From positions 1,230,001 to 1,262,000 of the forward strand of contig NZ_CP011034.1 of NCBI RefSeq assembly GCF_001465295.1: a stretch of 32,000 bases of DNA, written 5' to 3'. The DNA is from Pseudoalteromonas translucida KMM 520. Lineage in GTDB: Bacteria; Pseudomonadota; Gammaproteobacteria; Enterobacterales; Alteromonadaceae. A model generated the notes under the pieces. It was not told the origin of the DNA and searched no databases. It saw only the letters and a list, made by a program, of their open reading frames with translations. How positions within the stretch are numbered: the first letter of the stretch is position 1; every line of letters begins with the position of its first letter. The translations under genes and the position numbers were made by a program. Below, piece by piece: positions 8,958-18,266 of this stretch.

Positions 8958-9992
8958 ATGAAAAAATCACTTTTAATGGCGCTTATCGCCACTAGTTGTA
9001 TTAGCGTAAGCAATAACGCCTTAAGTGCAGAAGTACCTTTTGCTATTGCGATTCATGGCGGTGCGGGCACGATTGAAAAAAGTAAATTTACGCCCGAAGA
9101 GGAGCAAGCTTATCGTGCTAAATTAACCGAAGCGGTAGAGGCCGGTTATAAAATACTTGAGCAAGGCGGCGAAAGCTTGGATGCCATAACGGCAGCGATT
9201 CAAGTGATGGAGCAGTCACCATATTTTAATGCCGGGCGTGGCGCGGTTTATACTTACGATGGCAGCCATGAGCTAGACGCATCAATTATGGATGGGCGTA
9301 ATCGTCAGGCGGGCGCTGTTGCAGGTGTTAAGCATGTAGAGAGCCCAATTAATTTAGCGCGCTTGGTTATGGATAATTCAGTACACGTCATGCTCAGTGG
9401 CCAAGGCGCTGAAGAATTTGCTAAAGAGCAAGGTATTCCCTTAATCGAAAATAATTTATTTGATACCGAGCACCGCTATAAAGCATTATTAAAAGCAAAG
9501 CAAAAATTAGATAAAGCCAAAGCAACCAGTAAAGATTACCAAGCAGCGCATAAAGCTCTGCCTAATAACTATAAAATGGGCACGGTTGGTGCGGTAGCAC
9601 TGGATAAAAATGGCAATTTAGCAGCTGGTACATCAACTGGCGGTATGACCGCAAAACGCTATGGCCGTATTGGTGATGCGCCGGTAATTGGTGCAGGAAC
9701 GTTTGCTGAAAACGAGTCGTGTGCAGTATCGGCCACCGGCCATGGTGAGTATTTTATTCGTTATAATGTAGCCAGCGATATTTGTGCGCGCGTTAAATAC
9801 CAAGGTAAAACCATAGTGCAAGCAGGGGATGAAGTGATTAATGGAGTACTTGCGCCAATAGGCGGTACGGGCGGCGTTATTATTGTAGATACTAAAGGTA
9901 ATATTAGTTTGCCGTTTAATACCTCAGGTATGTACAGAGCCAGTAAATCAAATACCCAAGCCACTTATGTAGGCATTTTTAAAGGCGAATAA
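8958..9992 (+). CDS. isoaspartyl peptidase / L-asparaginase (Ntn hydrolase), secreted
   Basis: 344 aa. It has an N-terminal signal peptide (MKKSLLMALIATSCISVSNNALSA), the motifs IAIHGGAGT and NAGRGAV, the autoprocessing nucleophile context MGTVGAVALD, and GTSTGGM and GAGT motifs as in E. coli IaaA and plant-type asparaginases. Confidence 0.85.
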   Translation: MKKSLLMALIATSCISVSNNALSAEVPFAIAIHGGAGTIEKSKFTPEEEQAYRAKLTEAVEAGYKILEQGGESLDAITAAIQVMEQSPYFNAGRGAVYTYDGSHELDASIMDGRNRQAGAVAGVKHVESPINLARLVMDNSVHVMLSGQGAEEFAKEQGIPLIENNLFDTEHRYKALLKAKQKLDKAKATSKDYQAAHKALPNNYKMGTVGAVALDKNGNLAAGTSTGGMTAKRYGRIGDAPVIGAGTFAENESCAVSATGHGEYFIRYNVASDICARVKYQGKTIVQAGDEVINGVLAPIGGTGGVIIVDTKGNISLPFNTSGMYRASKSNTQATYVGIFKGE

Positions 9993-10113
9993 GCGCTTTA
10001 TTTGTTTGGCTGGTGGCTTATATAACAAACTACTAAGGGTTATGCACTTTGTAGGATTAACCCCAGCCATTTAATTTGCTACAATTGCGGCTCTTTTACT
10101 AATTTTATAAGGT

Positions 10114-13100
10114 ATGCGGGTGGTAAACCTAGGTCAGTTGTTTGGCGAGCTAAAGACGTGCTTGAAAAAAGATCAATTCATTTTTAAAAAACGCTTACAT
10201 GGCGTAAAAAAAATAACCGATGAAAATAAGCATGCCAACGCGCTTGAAAAAATAGCGGCCGACATTACCCGTAGCCAAGCACTGCGCGCGCAGCGTTTAG
10301 CCGCTTTGCCTAAAGTGACTTACCCAGAGCAATTACCGGTGAGTCAAAAAAAGGATGTGATTAAAAACGCGATTGCTAATAACCAAGTGGTTATTATTGC
10401 AGGTGAAACCGGTTCAGGTAAAACCACGCAAATTCCTAAAATGTGTTTAGAGCTAGGGCGTGGGGTTGATGGCTTAATTGGCCACACTCAACCAAGGCGA
10501 CTAGCAGCACGAACGGTGGCGAATCGTATTGCAGAAGAAATGCAGTGTGAACTTGGCCAACAAGTTGGTTTTAAAATACGCTTTAGCGATCAGGTCTCGA
10601 ATAATACCTATATTAAACTAATGACCGACGGTATTTTACTTGCCGAAATTCAACAAGATCGATTTTTAAATCAATACGACACCATTATTATTGATGAAGC
10701 GCACGAACGTAGTTTAAACATTGACTTTATTTTAGGTTATTTAAAAAACTTACTCCCTAAGCGCCCCGATTTAAAAATAATAATTACTTCAGCAACGATC
10801 GATCCGGAGCGTTTTTCAAAGCACTTTGATGATGCGCCAATTATAGAAGTATCAGGGCGAACCTTCCCGGTTGATGTACGTTACAACCCAGTTACTGAGA
10901 TAAATAAAGAAGATATGGAAGCCGAAGGCGACCAACTGCAAGGTATTTTTGATGCAGTAGATGAGCTGTGTGCAGAAGGCCCCGGCGACATTTTAATATT
11001 TTTAAATGGTGAGCGTGAAATACGCGATACCGCCGATGCTCTCAGTAAACGTAATTTAAAACACACTGATATATTGCCGCTTTATTCGCGTTTATCAAAC
11101 GCCGAGCAAAACCGCATATTTGCACCGCACTCGCGCCGCCATATTATTTTATCGACCAACGTTGCCGAAACATCGTTAACCGTACCGGGGATTCGTTATG
11201 TAATTGATCCGGGTACAGCGCGCATTAGCCGTTATAGTTACCGCACCAAGGTACAGCGCCTGCCGATAGAGCCAATATCGCAAGCCAGTGCAAATCAGCG
11301 AATGGGACGTTGTGGCCGAGTAGAGGCGGGTATTTGTATTCGTTTATACGCCGAGGATGACTTTTTATCGCGCCCTGAGTTTACCGATCCTGAAATACTA
11401 CGTACTAATTTAGCTTCGGTTATTTTACAAATGCTAGCGCTGGGTTTAGGCGACATGGCGCAGTTTCCGTTTGTGCAAGCTCCAGATAGTCGTAACATAA
11501 GCGATGGTTTAACCTTGCTTGAGGAACTTCAAGCCGTACATCCTACTAAGCGTAACGACAAAACAGTGCTTACCCAGTCAGGGCGAGAATTAAGCCGTTT
11601 ACCGGTCGATCCGCGTTTAGCTAAAATGGTGTTAACCGCACATAAGCTCGGTGCGCTACGTGAAGTAATTATTATAGTGGCGGCATTGTCAATTCAAGAC
11701 CCTCGTGAGCGCCCGCAAGAAAAACGTGCTGCGGCAAACGAAAAACACGGCCGTTTTGATGATCCTGATTCAGACTTTATTGCATTTTTAAATCTGTGGA
11801 ATTACTTAGAAGAGCAGCAAAGCGAGCTGACTAATAGCCAGTTTAGAAAACTTTGCCAAAAAGACTTCCTCGCTTATATGCGCCTTCGTGAGTGGCAAGA
11901 TATTGTTTATCAAATAAGTACCGTATGTAACGAAATGGGGATGAAAGCCACATCGAATGCTGCCGATGGTGAGCAAGTTCACAAAGCATTACTGAGCGGT
12001 ATGCTTAGCCATATTGGCTTTAAAGATGAAAAACAAATTTATAAAGGCGCGCGTAATAGCCAGTTTCATATTTTTCCGGGGTCGGGGTTATTTAAAAAGA
12101 GCCCAAAATGGCTAATGTCGGCAGAGCTGGTAGAAACCAGTAAATTATATGCCCGCACTAACGCCAAAATAGACATTAACTGGGTTGAGCCACTGGCGCA
12201 GCATTTGGTTAAGCGCAGTTATACAGAGCCACATTGGGAGAAAAAACCCGGTGCGGTAATCGCCTTTGAACAACAAACCTTGTATGGCCTGCTAATCGTT
12301 AATAAACGCCGCTGTGTGTATAGCAATATTGACCCTAAAGTGAGCCGTGAGCTGTTTATTCGCACCGCATTAGTTGAGCAGGAGCTGGGTTTAAACGAAA
12401 GTTTTTTAGAGTTTAACCGCGAGCTGATTGAAGATATTCAAGTGCTTGAAAACAAGTCGCGCAGGCGCGATATTTTAGTTGATGAGCAAACTTTATTTGA
12501 GTTTTACGATAAAAAAATTCCAAAAGAAATTAATAATCGTGCAGCATTTTTAAAATGGTATAAAACGCAAAAACAACAAAATAAACACTATTTGCAAATG
12601 AGCCGCGATGACTTAATGCAGCATGGTGCAAGCAGTATTACTGAGTTTGACTACCCAGATACTTGGCAGCAAGATAATTTAATTTTGCCCTTAGCGTATC
12701 ATTTCGATCCCGGTCAAGCGGTTGACGGTGTGGCAGTACAAATACCGGTTGCGCTATTAAACCAAGTACAAGAAAGCGGCTTTGACTGGCATATACCTGC
12801 GTTTCGACATGAGTTAATAAGTGGTTTAATTAAATCACTGCCTAAGTCACTGCGCCGTAACTTTGTACCTGCGCCTAACTATGCCGATGCTGTTTTGGCG
12901 GCCATTGAGCCATTGCAGGGGAGTTTAATTGATGCACTTAGTAATCGACTATTAAAAATGACAGGAGTTCGAGTTGACCCTGATGCCTGGGATTTAAGTG
13001 CCTTGGCAGCGCATTTACGTTTGCAGTTTGAAGTACGTGGCGATAACGATAAGTTACTTGCGCGTGGCCTAGATTTAGCCAAACTTAAAGCACAGCTACA

Positions 13101-14007
13101 AGGCGAAGTAACACAAACACTATCCAAAGTAGCCGATAAAGGCATAGAAAAAGTAGACTTAACGCAGTGGGATTTTGGTGAGCTACCTAACTCATATGTA
13201 AAAAAACAAGGGCAATACGAAATTAAAGCGTACCCGGCGCTGGTGGATAAAAAATCAACTGCTGCTATTGAGCTTTTCGATAACGAAGTAAAAGCACAAG
13301 TTGCCCATCAACAAGGGCTGCGCCGATTAGTATTATTAAATGTGCCTTCACCAATAAAGTATTTGCAGCAAAACTTACCAAATAAGGCTAAGCTTGGATT
13401 GTATTTTAATCCTTTTGGTAAAATAGCCGATTTAATTGATGACTGCATTGCCGCCGGTGTTGATAGCTTATTATTAAAGTACGGTGACATTCGCACCAGC
13501 GACGCATTTGAAAGTGTAAAAGAGCATATACGTGGTGAGCTTGGCGACGCTGTAGTTGAAATTGCCACGCAAGTAGAGCAAGTGTTAAGTATTGCCCATG
13601 CCTTACATAAAAAAATGAAAGGACGGGTAGATTTAACCATGATCACTGCGCATGGTGATATTAAATCGCAATTAGAGTCTCTTGTTTTTAAAGGTTTTGT
13701 AAGCCAACATGGGGCAACTAAGCTAAGTGACTTAATTCGTTATTTAAAAGCGATTCAAAAACGTTTAGAAAAGTTACCCATAGATCCAAATCGCGATAGA
13801 TTATGTGTACTTGAGCTTGATAAAGTGGCGCAAGAGTATAAAAAGCAAGCAAACAAAACCCCTAAAGGGATGCCTATTCCAAAAGAGGTAGAAGCTATAT
13901 TTTGGATGCAGCAAGAGCTGAGAGTGTCTTTATTTGCACAGACCTTGGGTACTCCGTATCCAATTTCGGCAAAACGTGTGTTAAATGCAATAAAAGAAAT
14001 AGAGTAA
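10114..14007 (+). CDS. hrpA: ATP-dependent RNA helicase HrpA (DEAH box)
   Basis: 1297 aa, collinear by eye with E. coli HrpA. Shared segments include LPVSQKK, GETGSGKTTQIPK, IIIDEAHERSLNIDF, SATID, TNVAETSLTVPGI and QRMGRCGR. Confidence 0.95.
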   Translation: MRVVNLGQLFGELKTCLKKDQFIFKKRLHGVKKITDENKHANALEKIAADITRSQALRAQRLAALPKVTYPEQLPVSQKKDVIKNAIANNQVVIIAGETGSGKTTQIPKMCLELGRGVDGLIGHTQPRRLAARTVANRIAEEMQCELGQQVGFKIRFSDQVSNNTYIKLMTDGILLAEIQQDRFLNQYDTIIIDEAHERSLNIDFILGYLKNLLPKRPDLKIIITSATIDPERFSKHFDDAPIIEVSGRTFPVDVRYNPVTEINKEDMEAEGDQLQGIFDAVDELCAEGPGDILIFLNGEREIRDTADALSKRNLKHTDILPLYSRLSNAEQNRIFAPHSRRHIILSTNVAETSLTVPGIRYVIDPGTARISRYSYRTKVQRLPIEPISQASANQRMGRCGRVEAGICIRLYAEDDFLSRPEFTDPEILRTNLASVILQMLALGLGDMAQFPFVQAPDSRNISDGLTLLEELQAVHPTKRNDKTVLTQSGRELSRLPVDPRLAKMVLTAHKLGALREVIIIVAALSIQDPRERPQEKRAAANEKHGRFDDPDSDFIAFLNLWNYLEEQQSELTNSQFRKLCQKDFLAYMRLREWQDIVYQISTVCNEMGMKATSNAADGEQVHKALLSGMLSHIGFKDEKQIYKGARNSQFHIFPGSGLFKKSPKWLMSAELVETSKLYARTNAKIDINWVEPLAQHLVKRSYTEPHWEKKPGAVIAFEQQTLYGLLIVNKRRCVYSNIDPKVSRELFIRTALVEQELGLNESFLEFNRELIEDIQVLENKSRRRDILVDEQTLFEFYDKKIPKEINNRAAFLKWYKTQKQQNKHYLQMSRDDLMQHGASSITEFDYPDTWQQDNLILPLAYHFDPGQAVDGVAVQIPVALLNQVQESGFDWHIPAFRHELISGLIKSLPKSLRRNFVPAPNYADAVLAAIEPLQGSLIDALSNRLLKMTGVRVDPDAWDLSALAAHLRLQFEVRGDNDKLLARGLDLAKLKAQLQGEVTQTLSKVADKGIEKVDLTQWDFGELPNSYVKKQGQYEIKAYPALVDKKSTAAIELFDNEVKAQVAHQQGLRRLVLLNVPSPIKYLQQNLPNKAKLGLYFNPFGKIADLIDDCIAAGVDSLLLKYGDIRTSDAFESVKEHIRGELGDAVVEIATQVEQVLSIAHALHKKMKGRVDLTMITAHGDIKSQLESLVFKGFVSQHGATKLSDLIRYLKAIQKRLEKLPIDPNRDRLCVLELDKVAQEYKKQANKTPKGMPIPKEVEAIFWMQQELRVSLFAQTLGTPYPISAKRVLNAIKEIE

Positions 14008-14016
14008 AAGGTGTAT

Positions 14017-14058
14017 CTATTATTAAGCTTAAGTGCTTAATAATAGAACTTATTTTTT
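14017..14058 (+). terminator. rho-independent terminator after hrpA
   Basis: A perfect 12-bp stem CTATTATTAAGC-ttaagt-GCTTAATAATAG followed by aacTTATTTTTT. Confidence 0.8.
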
Positions 14059-14083
14059 GTTTTGAGAAGGAAACGACATAGCC

Positions 14084-14464
14084 ATGTCCTCATCAATAGA
14101 ACATAAAGTACAACAACTACTAGTGGTAGACGACGAGTATTTTAATTATGAAATACTCAAAGCAGCACTTAGCGCAAAGTTTGATGTTAATTATGCCGAT
14201 TCTGGAACAAGCTGTTTAGCCTCTGCTATTGCTAATCCACCCGATATTATTTTGCTTGATGTATGTATGCCAGGGCTGGATGGTTACGACACGTGTAGAA
14301 TGCTTAAACATACACCTGAGACAAAAAACATCCCTATTGTTATGGTGTCTGGGCTGGAGTCACCGCTTGAAAAGCAAGCTGGGTTTGACGCAGGCTGTGA
14401 TGCTTATGTGGTAAAGCCGTTTTCTGTACCACTGTTGTTAGAGCAAATTAATAAAATAGTATAG
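14084..14464 (+). CDS. single-domain response regulator (CheY-like receiver)
   Basis: 126 aa. Receiver signature residues are all present: VVDDE, the phospho-acceptor context ILLDVCMPGLDG, VMVSG and YVVKPF. There is no output domain. Confidence 0.85.
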   Translation: MSSSIEHKVQQLLVVDDEYFNYEILKAALSAKFDVNYADSGTSCLASAIANPPDIILLDVCMPGLDGYDTCRMLKHTPETKNIPIVMVSGLESPLEKQAGFDAGCDAYVVKPFSVPLLLEQINKIV

Positions 14465-14472
14465 GAAAAATT

Positions 14473-14769
14473 ATGTTTACAGATGATAAGCGAAATTTTC
14501 GACGTATGCAGATCAATACACCGGCAAAGCTAACCACAATAGAGCCGATTGCTGGTTTAAATTATAATGCCGAATGCGTGGATTTGAGTGCGACTGGGTT
14601 GTCGTTGCATTTAGATGAGCTACTTGAGCCAAACACTATTTTATTGGTACATATAGACTCAACTCATCCGAGTATTGCGTCTTTAGATGCAACGGCTAAG
14701 GTGATACGCGCCAGCAAAGAAGATGACGGTACAATAACTGCTGGACTTGAGATAATACAGTTTAATTAG
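14473..14769 (+). CDS. PilZ-domain protein (predicted c-di-GMP binding)
   Basis: 98 aa. It starts 8 nt after the receiver gene behind AGGAAAA. Both PilZ signature motifs are present: RNFRR (RxxxR) and DLSATG (DxSxxG). Confidence 0.75.
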   Translation: MFTDDKRNFRRMQINTPAKLTTIEPIAGLNYNAECVDLSATGLSLHLDELLEPNTILLVHIDSTHPSIASLDATAKVIRASKEDDGTITAGLEIIQFN

Positions 14770-14839
14770 CTTAGTTAGCGTGGTTATTGCCCATATAAAT
14801 AGGCAATAACTACGTATAAATGCTAAGCAAGCCTAGGCG

Positions 14840-16030
14840 TTAGTAAACCTTACAAATTAAGCCTTTTAAGTAAAAACCTTCAGGGTAACTACCCGCAATA
14901 GGATGATCGGCAGCTTGGTTTAAACGCTCCATAATAAGTAGGTCTTTACCAGCATCAAGGGCTGCATCAGCCACCACTTTTTGAAACAAGTTTTGCTCCA
15001 TTAAGCCCGAACACGAGAAGGTTAATAAGGTGCCACCTGGTTTTAATATTTGCATAGCAATCATGTTTATATCTTTATAGCCACGACACGCACCAGTAAG
15101 TTGTGCTTTGTTGTCGGCAAACTTTGGCGGATCCATTACTATAGTGTCAAACAGTACACCGTCTTCGCGGTATTGACGCAGTAACTTAAATACATCTTGC
15201 TTCACAAAATCAACCTTATCTAAATCAAGATTGTTATGCTCAACATTGCGCTTAGCTGTATCGAGAGCTGGCTGCGATACATCTACGTTAGTTACGTGCT
15301 TACAGCCGCCACGTAGGGCATACAACGAAAATGTACCCGTGTAGCTAAAGCAGTTTAATACGGTTTTATCCTTAGAAAAGCGTTCAAGTGCAGCGCGGCT
15401 ATCGCGTTGATCTAAATAAAAGCCGGTTTTATGGCCATCAATAATATCAACTTCAATTTTAAAGCCATTTTCTGCAATGAGTACTGGGGCAGTTGGTTCA
15501 TTGCCCCATAATGCTCCTTTAATTGGCTCAAGGCCTTCTTTAGTACGTACTTCTACGTCTGAGCGCTCGTAAATGCTCATACCAGGGAATATAGCCATTA
15601 ACGCGCCAACTATTTCACCTTTATGACGCTCAGCACCCGCGCTTAGTAATTGACACACTAATACGTTGTCAAACTTATCTATGGTAACGCCGGGTAAAAA
15701 ATCAGATTCTGCGGCGCAGAGTCTAAAGCCAGTTAAACCACCTTCTTCAATTACTTGGCTACGGGCTTCTAGTGCACGGCGTAGGCGGCGTTCAAAAAAG
15801 TGTTGATCAATAACTTCTTTTTCGTCAAAGCTCCAAACACGGGCACGAATTTGTGAATGTGGGCTATAAGCTGCTGTTGCTAAAAATTTACCTTCACTGT
15901 CGTGAATAGTAACTGTGTCACCTAGGCCTGGTTTACCTTTAATTTTTTTGATGGCTTTGGAAAATAACCAAGGGTGTTTTCTTTTTAATGATTTATCGCG
16001 GCCAGCTTGCAGGTAAACGGCAGATGTCAT
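14840..16030 (-). CDS. rlmI: 23S rRNA (cytosine1962-C5)-methyltransferase
   Basis: 396 aa, collinear with E. coli RlmI (YccW). Shared segments include [52 protein letters not shown] and TFSCSG. Confidence 0.93.
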   Translation of the reverse strand: MTSAVYLQAGRDKSLKRKHPWLFSKAIKKIKGKPGLGDTVTIHDSEGKFLATAAYSPHSQIRARVWSFDEKEVIDQHFFERRLRRALEARSQVIEEGGLTGFRLCAAESDFLPGVTIDKFDNVLVCQLLSAGAERHKGEIVGALMAIFPGMSIYERSDVEVRTKEGLEPIKGALWGNEPTAPVLIAENGFKIEVDIIDGHKTGFYLDQRDSRAALERFSKDKTVLNCFSYTGTFSLYALRGGCKHVTNVDVSQPALDTAKRNVEHNNLDLDKVDFVKQDVFKLLRQYREDGVLFDTIVMDPPKFADNKAQLTGACRGYKDINMIAMQILKPGGTLLTFSCSGLMEQNLFQKVVADAALDAGKDLLIMERLNQAADHPIAGSYPEGFYLKGLICKVY

Positions 16031-16182
16031 AAAGCTTCTCAGTAGTAATAAATAAGCGCTGTATTTTAGTCAAGGCAAGGGCAACATACAATGAATGTTT
16101 TGCATGGAGCCCATAAATCGCGGTAAAGTATGGCTAATTCAATATGTTAATTAGGTATTTGGAACACGTTGTGACAGACATA

Positions 16183-16842
16183 ATGTTAAGCCCTGAGCTG
16201 CAGCAGCTCAATTTACAGTGCAGAGCGTTTATTACCACACTAATTCATGCCGATGTGGCGCATGATATAACCCATATTGAACGGGTAGTTCGGGTTGCTA
16301 TAAAATTGTGCGATGCAGAGCAAGCTAATATGAAGGTAGTGCTCCCGGCTGCATGGTTACACGACTGTGTAGCTGTGGCTAAAAACCACCCGGATAGAGC
16401 TAAAGCCTCTACTATGGCCGCCGATAAAGCGATTGCTTTTTTAGCTTCTATTAATTACGACGCGCAATTATTTACTCAAATTCATCATGCAATAGCGGCG
16501 CATAGTTTTAGCGCTAATATTAAAGTGAACTCAGTAGAAGCACAAATAGTGCAAGACGCAGACAGGATGGATGCACTAGGCGCGATTGGTATAAGCCGCT
16601 GCATGAAAGTAGGTGGTTCAATAAGTCGATTACTATATAACCCGGATGACCCATTTTGCCTACAACGCGCAGCAGATGATAAAAAATACACGCTTGATCA
16701 CTTTTTTATTAAGTTATTACACATAGCTCAAAGCATGAATACACCCTCGGCTAAGGCCGAAGCACTAAGACGCACTGAGTATATGCATGACTTTTTAGAG
16801 CAACTAAAGTCTGAAATAGGAGAGCAGCGTGAGTATACCTAA
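16183..16842 (+). CDS. HD-domain phosphohydrolase (YedJ-like)
   Basis: Resembles E. coli YedJ: AHDITHIERV, WLHDCV.VAKNHP, AIAAHSFSA, QDADRMDALGAIG and DDKKYTLDHF. I prefer the ATG at 16183 because it gives the same N-terminal length as YedJ. The ORF is also open from the ATG at 16144. Confidence 0.8.
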   Translation: MLSPELQQLNLQCRAFITTLIHADVAHDITHIERVVRVAIKLCDAEQANMKVVLPAAWLHDCVAVAKNHPDRAKASTMAADKAIAFLASINYDAQLFTQIHHAIAAHSFSANIKVNSVEAQIVQDADRMDALGAIGISRCMKVGGSISRLLYNPDDPFCLQRAADDKKYTLDHFFIKLLHIAQSMNTPSAKAEALRRTEYMHDFLEQLKSEIGEQREYT

Positions 16843-17260
16843 GCTAGCTGGGATTGATCATTGTCATTTAAATGTGGATGATTTAGCACAAGCGGTTAAA
16901 TGGTATGAGCGTGTTTTAGGCTTTAGTGTGGTTGAAGAGCTCGCCTTTTGGAATGAAGATGGCAAAGGGCCATTAACCCTTGAAGATGCAAATGCTACCA
17001 CGCGTTTAGCGTTATTTACTGCACAGGGACGTAGTAAAGGCATTGCTTTTTTAGCCACAGGGGAGCAATTTATTGCATGGCTTGAGCATTTTGAACACCT
17101 AAATATTAAAACAGTACTAGCTGATCACGGCGTTACGTTTTCAATTTATTTTAAAGATAACAGCGGAAATAGCCATGAAATTACCTCCCATGACTATACG
17201 CAGATTAAAACTGTGTATCCGCAGGTATTATTAGGCTCGCATACAGCCAAAAAGAGCTAA
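16829..17260 (+). CDS. VOC-family protein (glyoxalase / bleomycin-resistance / dioxygenase fold)
   Basis: 143 aa. The GTG start lies behind GGAGAG and overlaps the HD gene by 14 nt. The N-terminal IDHCHLNVDDLAQAVKWYERVLGF and the C-terminal SIYFKDNSGNSHEI are typical VOC beta-alpha-beta modules. Confidence 0.7.
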   Translation: MSIPKLAGIDHCHLNVDDLAQAVKWYERVLGFSVVEELAFWNEDGKGPLTLEDANATTRLALFTAQGRSKGIAFLATGEQFIAWLEHFEHLNIKTVLADHGVTFSIYFKDNSGNSHEITSHDYTQIKTVYPQVLLGSHTAKKS

Positions 17261-18256
17261 CTAAAATCGTTCCTGATGAGCATTTTTTATGGCAATAATA
17301 TCGTCAATTTTGCCAATGAATAGCTCAACTAATTGCGGGTCAAAGTGCTTTCCGGCTTGTTGTTGCATATGTTCTAGAGTTTGCTCTATGCTCCATGGCT
17401 CTTTATAGGGGCGTTTTGAAGTAAGTGCATCAAATACATCGGCAATGGCAACAATACGGCCTTCTAGCGATATGGCTTCTCCTTTTAGGCCATTGGGGTA
17501 GCCAGTACCATCCCACTTTTCATGATGTTCAATTGCCAGCACATGCGCCAGTTGTAATAGTGGCGATGATGAGTTTGCTAAAATTTGTGCACCAATTAAA
17601 GCGTGCTCTTTCATGTGGGTAAACTCATCGGCAGTTAGTTTTCCAGGTTTTAGCAAAATGGCATCCGGAATACCTATTTTACCTACATCGTGCATAGGGG
17701 CTGCTTGGCGTAATAATTCGGCGTGTTGCTCATCCATACCCAGCGCCAATGCAAGTACTTTGCTGTATTGACTCATACGTATAATATGCTCACCGGTATC
17801 GGTGTCTTTATATTCTGCAGCACGACCTAAACGCTGTACTAAATCGACATGAGCTTGTTTTAGCTGCTCAGCTTGCACTAACGATAGGTGAGTTTTAACA
17901 CGTGCCCTTACAATAGCAGGGCTAATTGGTTTGGTTATATAGTCTACAGCGCCTAGTTCAAAACCTTTAAACTCATCACTTTCATCACTTAGCGCAGTAA
18001 CAAAAATAATAGGAATATGCGATGTAGCAGGGTTAGCTTTAACAATTTGGCATACTTCAAAGCCATTCATATCGGGCATCATAATATCGAGTAAAATTAG
18101 CTTTGGCAGTTCTTTTTCAAGTAATGCTATAGCGGCAGCGCCCGATTTAGCAAACGACATCCTATATTGATTACCAAGCACCTCGCGCATTACTTTTAAG
18201 TTTGCAGGCTCGTCGTCAACAATTAATATACGCGGCTTATCTAGAATAAAATCCAT
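17261..18256 (-). CDS. response regulator with an HD-GYP c-di-GMP phosphodiesterase domain (RpfG-like)
   Basis: 331 aa. It combines a receiver (ILIVDDEP, LLDIMMPDMNG, ITKP) with an HD-GYP domain (MHDVGKIGIP, HHEKWDGTGYP). The start lies 10 nt after the kinase stop. Confidence 0.9.
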   Translation of the reverse strand: MDFILDKPRILIVDDEPANLKVMREVLGNQYRMSFAKSGAAAIALLEKELPKLILLDIMMPDMNGFEVCQIVKANPATSHIPIIFVTALSDESDEFKGFELGAVDYITKPISPAIVRARVKTHLSLVQAEQLKQAHVDLVQRLGRAAEYKDTDTGEHIIRMSQYSKVLALALGMDEQHAELLRQAAPMHDVGKIGIPDAILLKPGKLTADEFTHMKEHALIGAQILANSSSPLLQLAHVLAIEHHEKWDGTGYPNGLKGEAISLEGRIVAIADVFDALTSKRPYKEPWSIEQTLEHMQQQAGKHFDPQLVELFIGKIDDIIAIKNAHQERF

Positions 18257-18266
18257 TAATTAATAC

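Noticed and set aside
16144-16182. ATG at 16144 as the start of the HD hydrolase.
   Set aside because: It adds 13 residues with no counterpart in E. coli YedJ. The ATG at 16183 reproduces the YedJ N-terminal spacing to the AHD motif. This is not decisive without homolog alignments.
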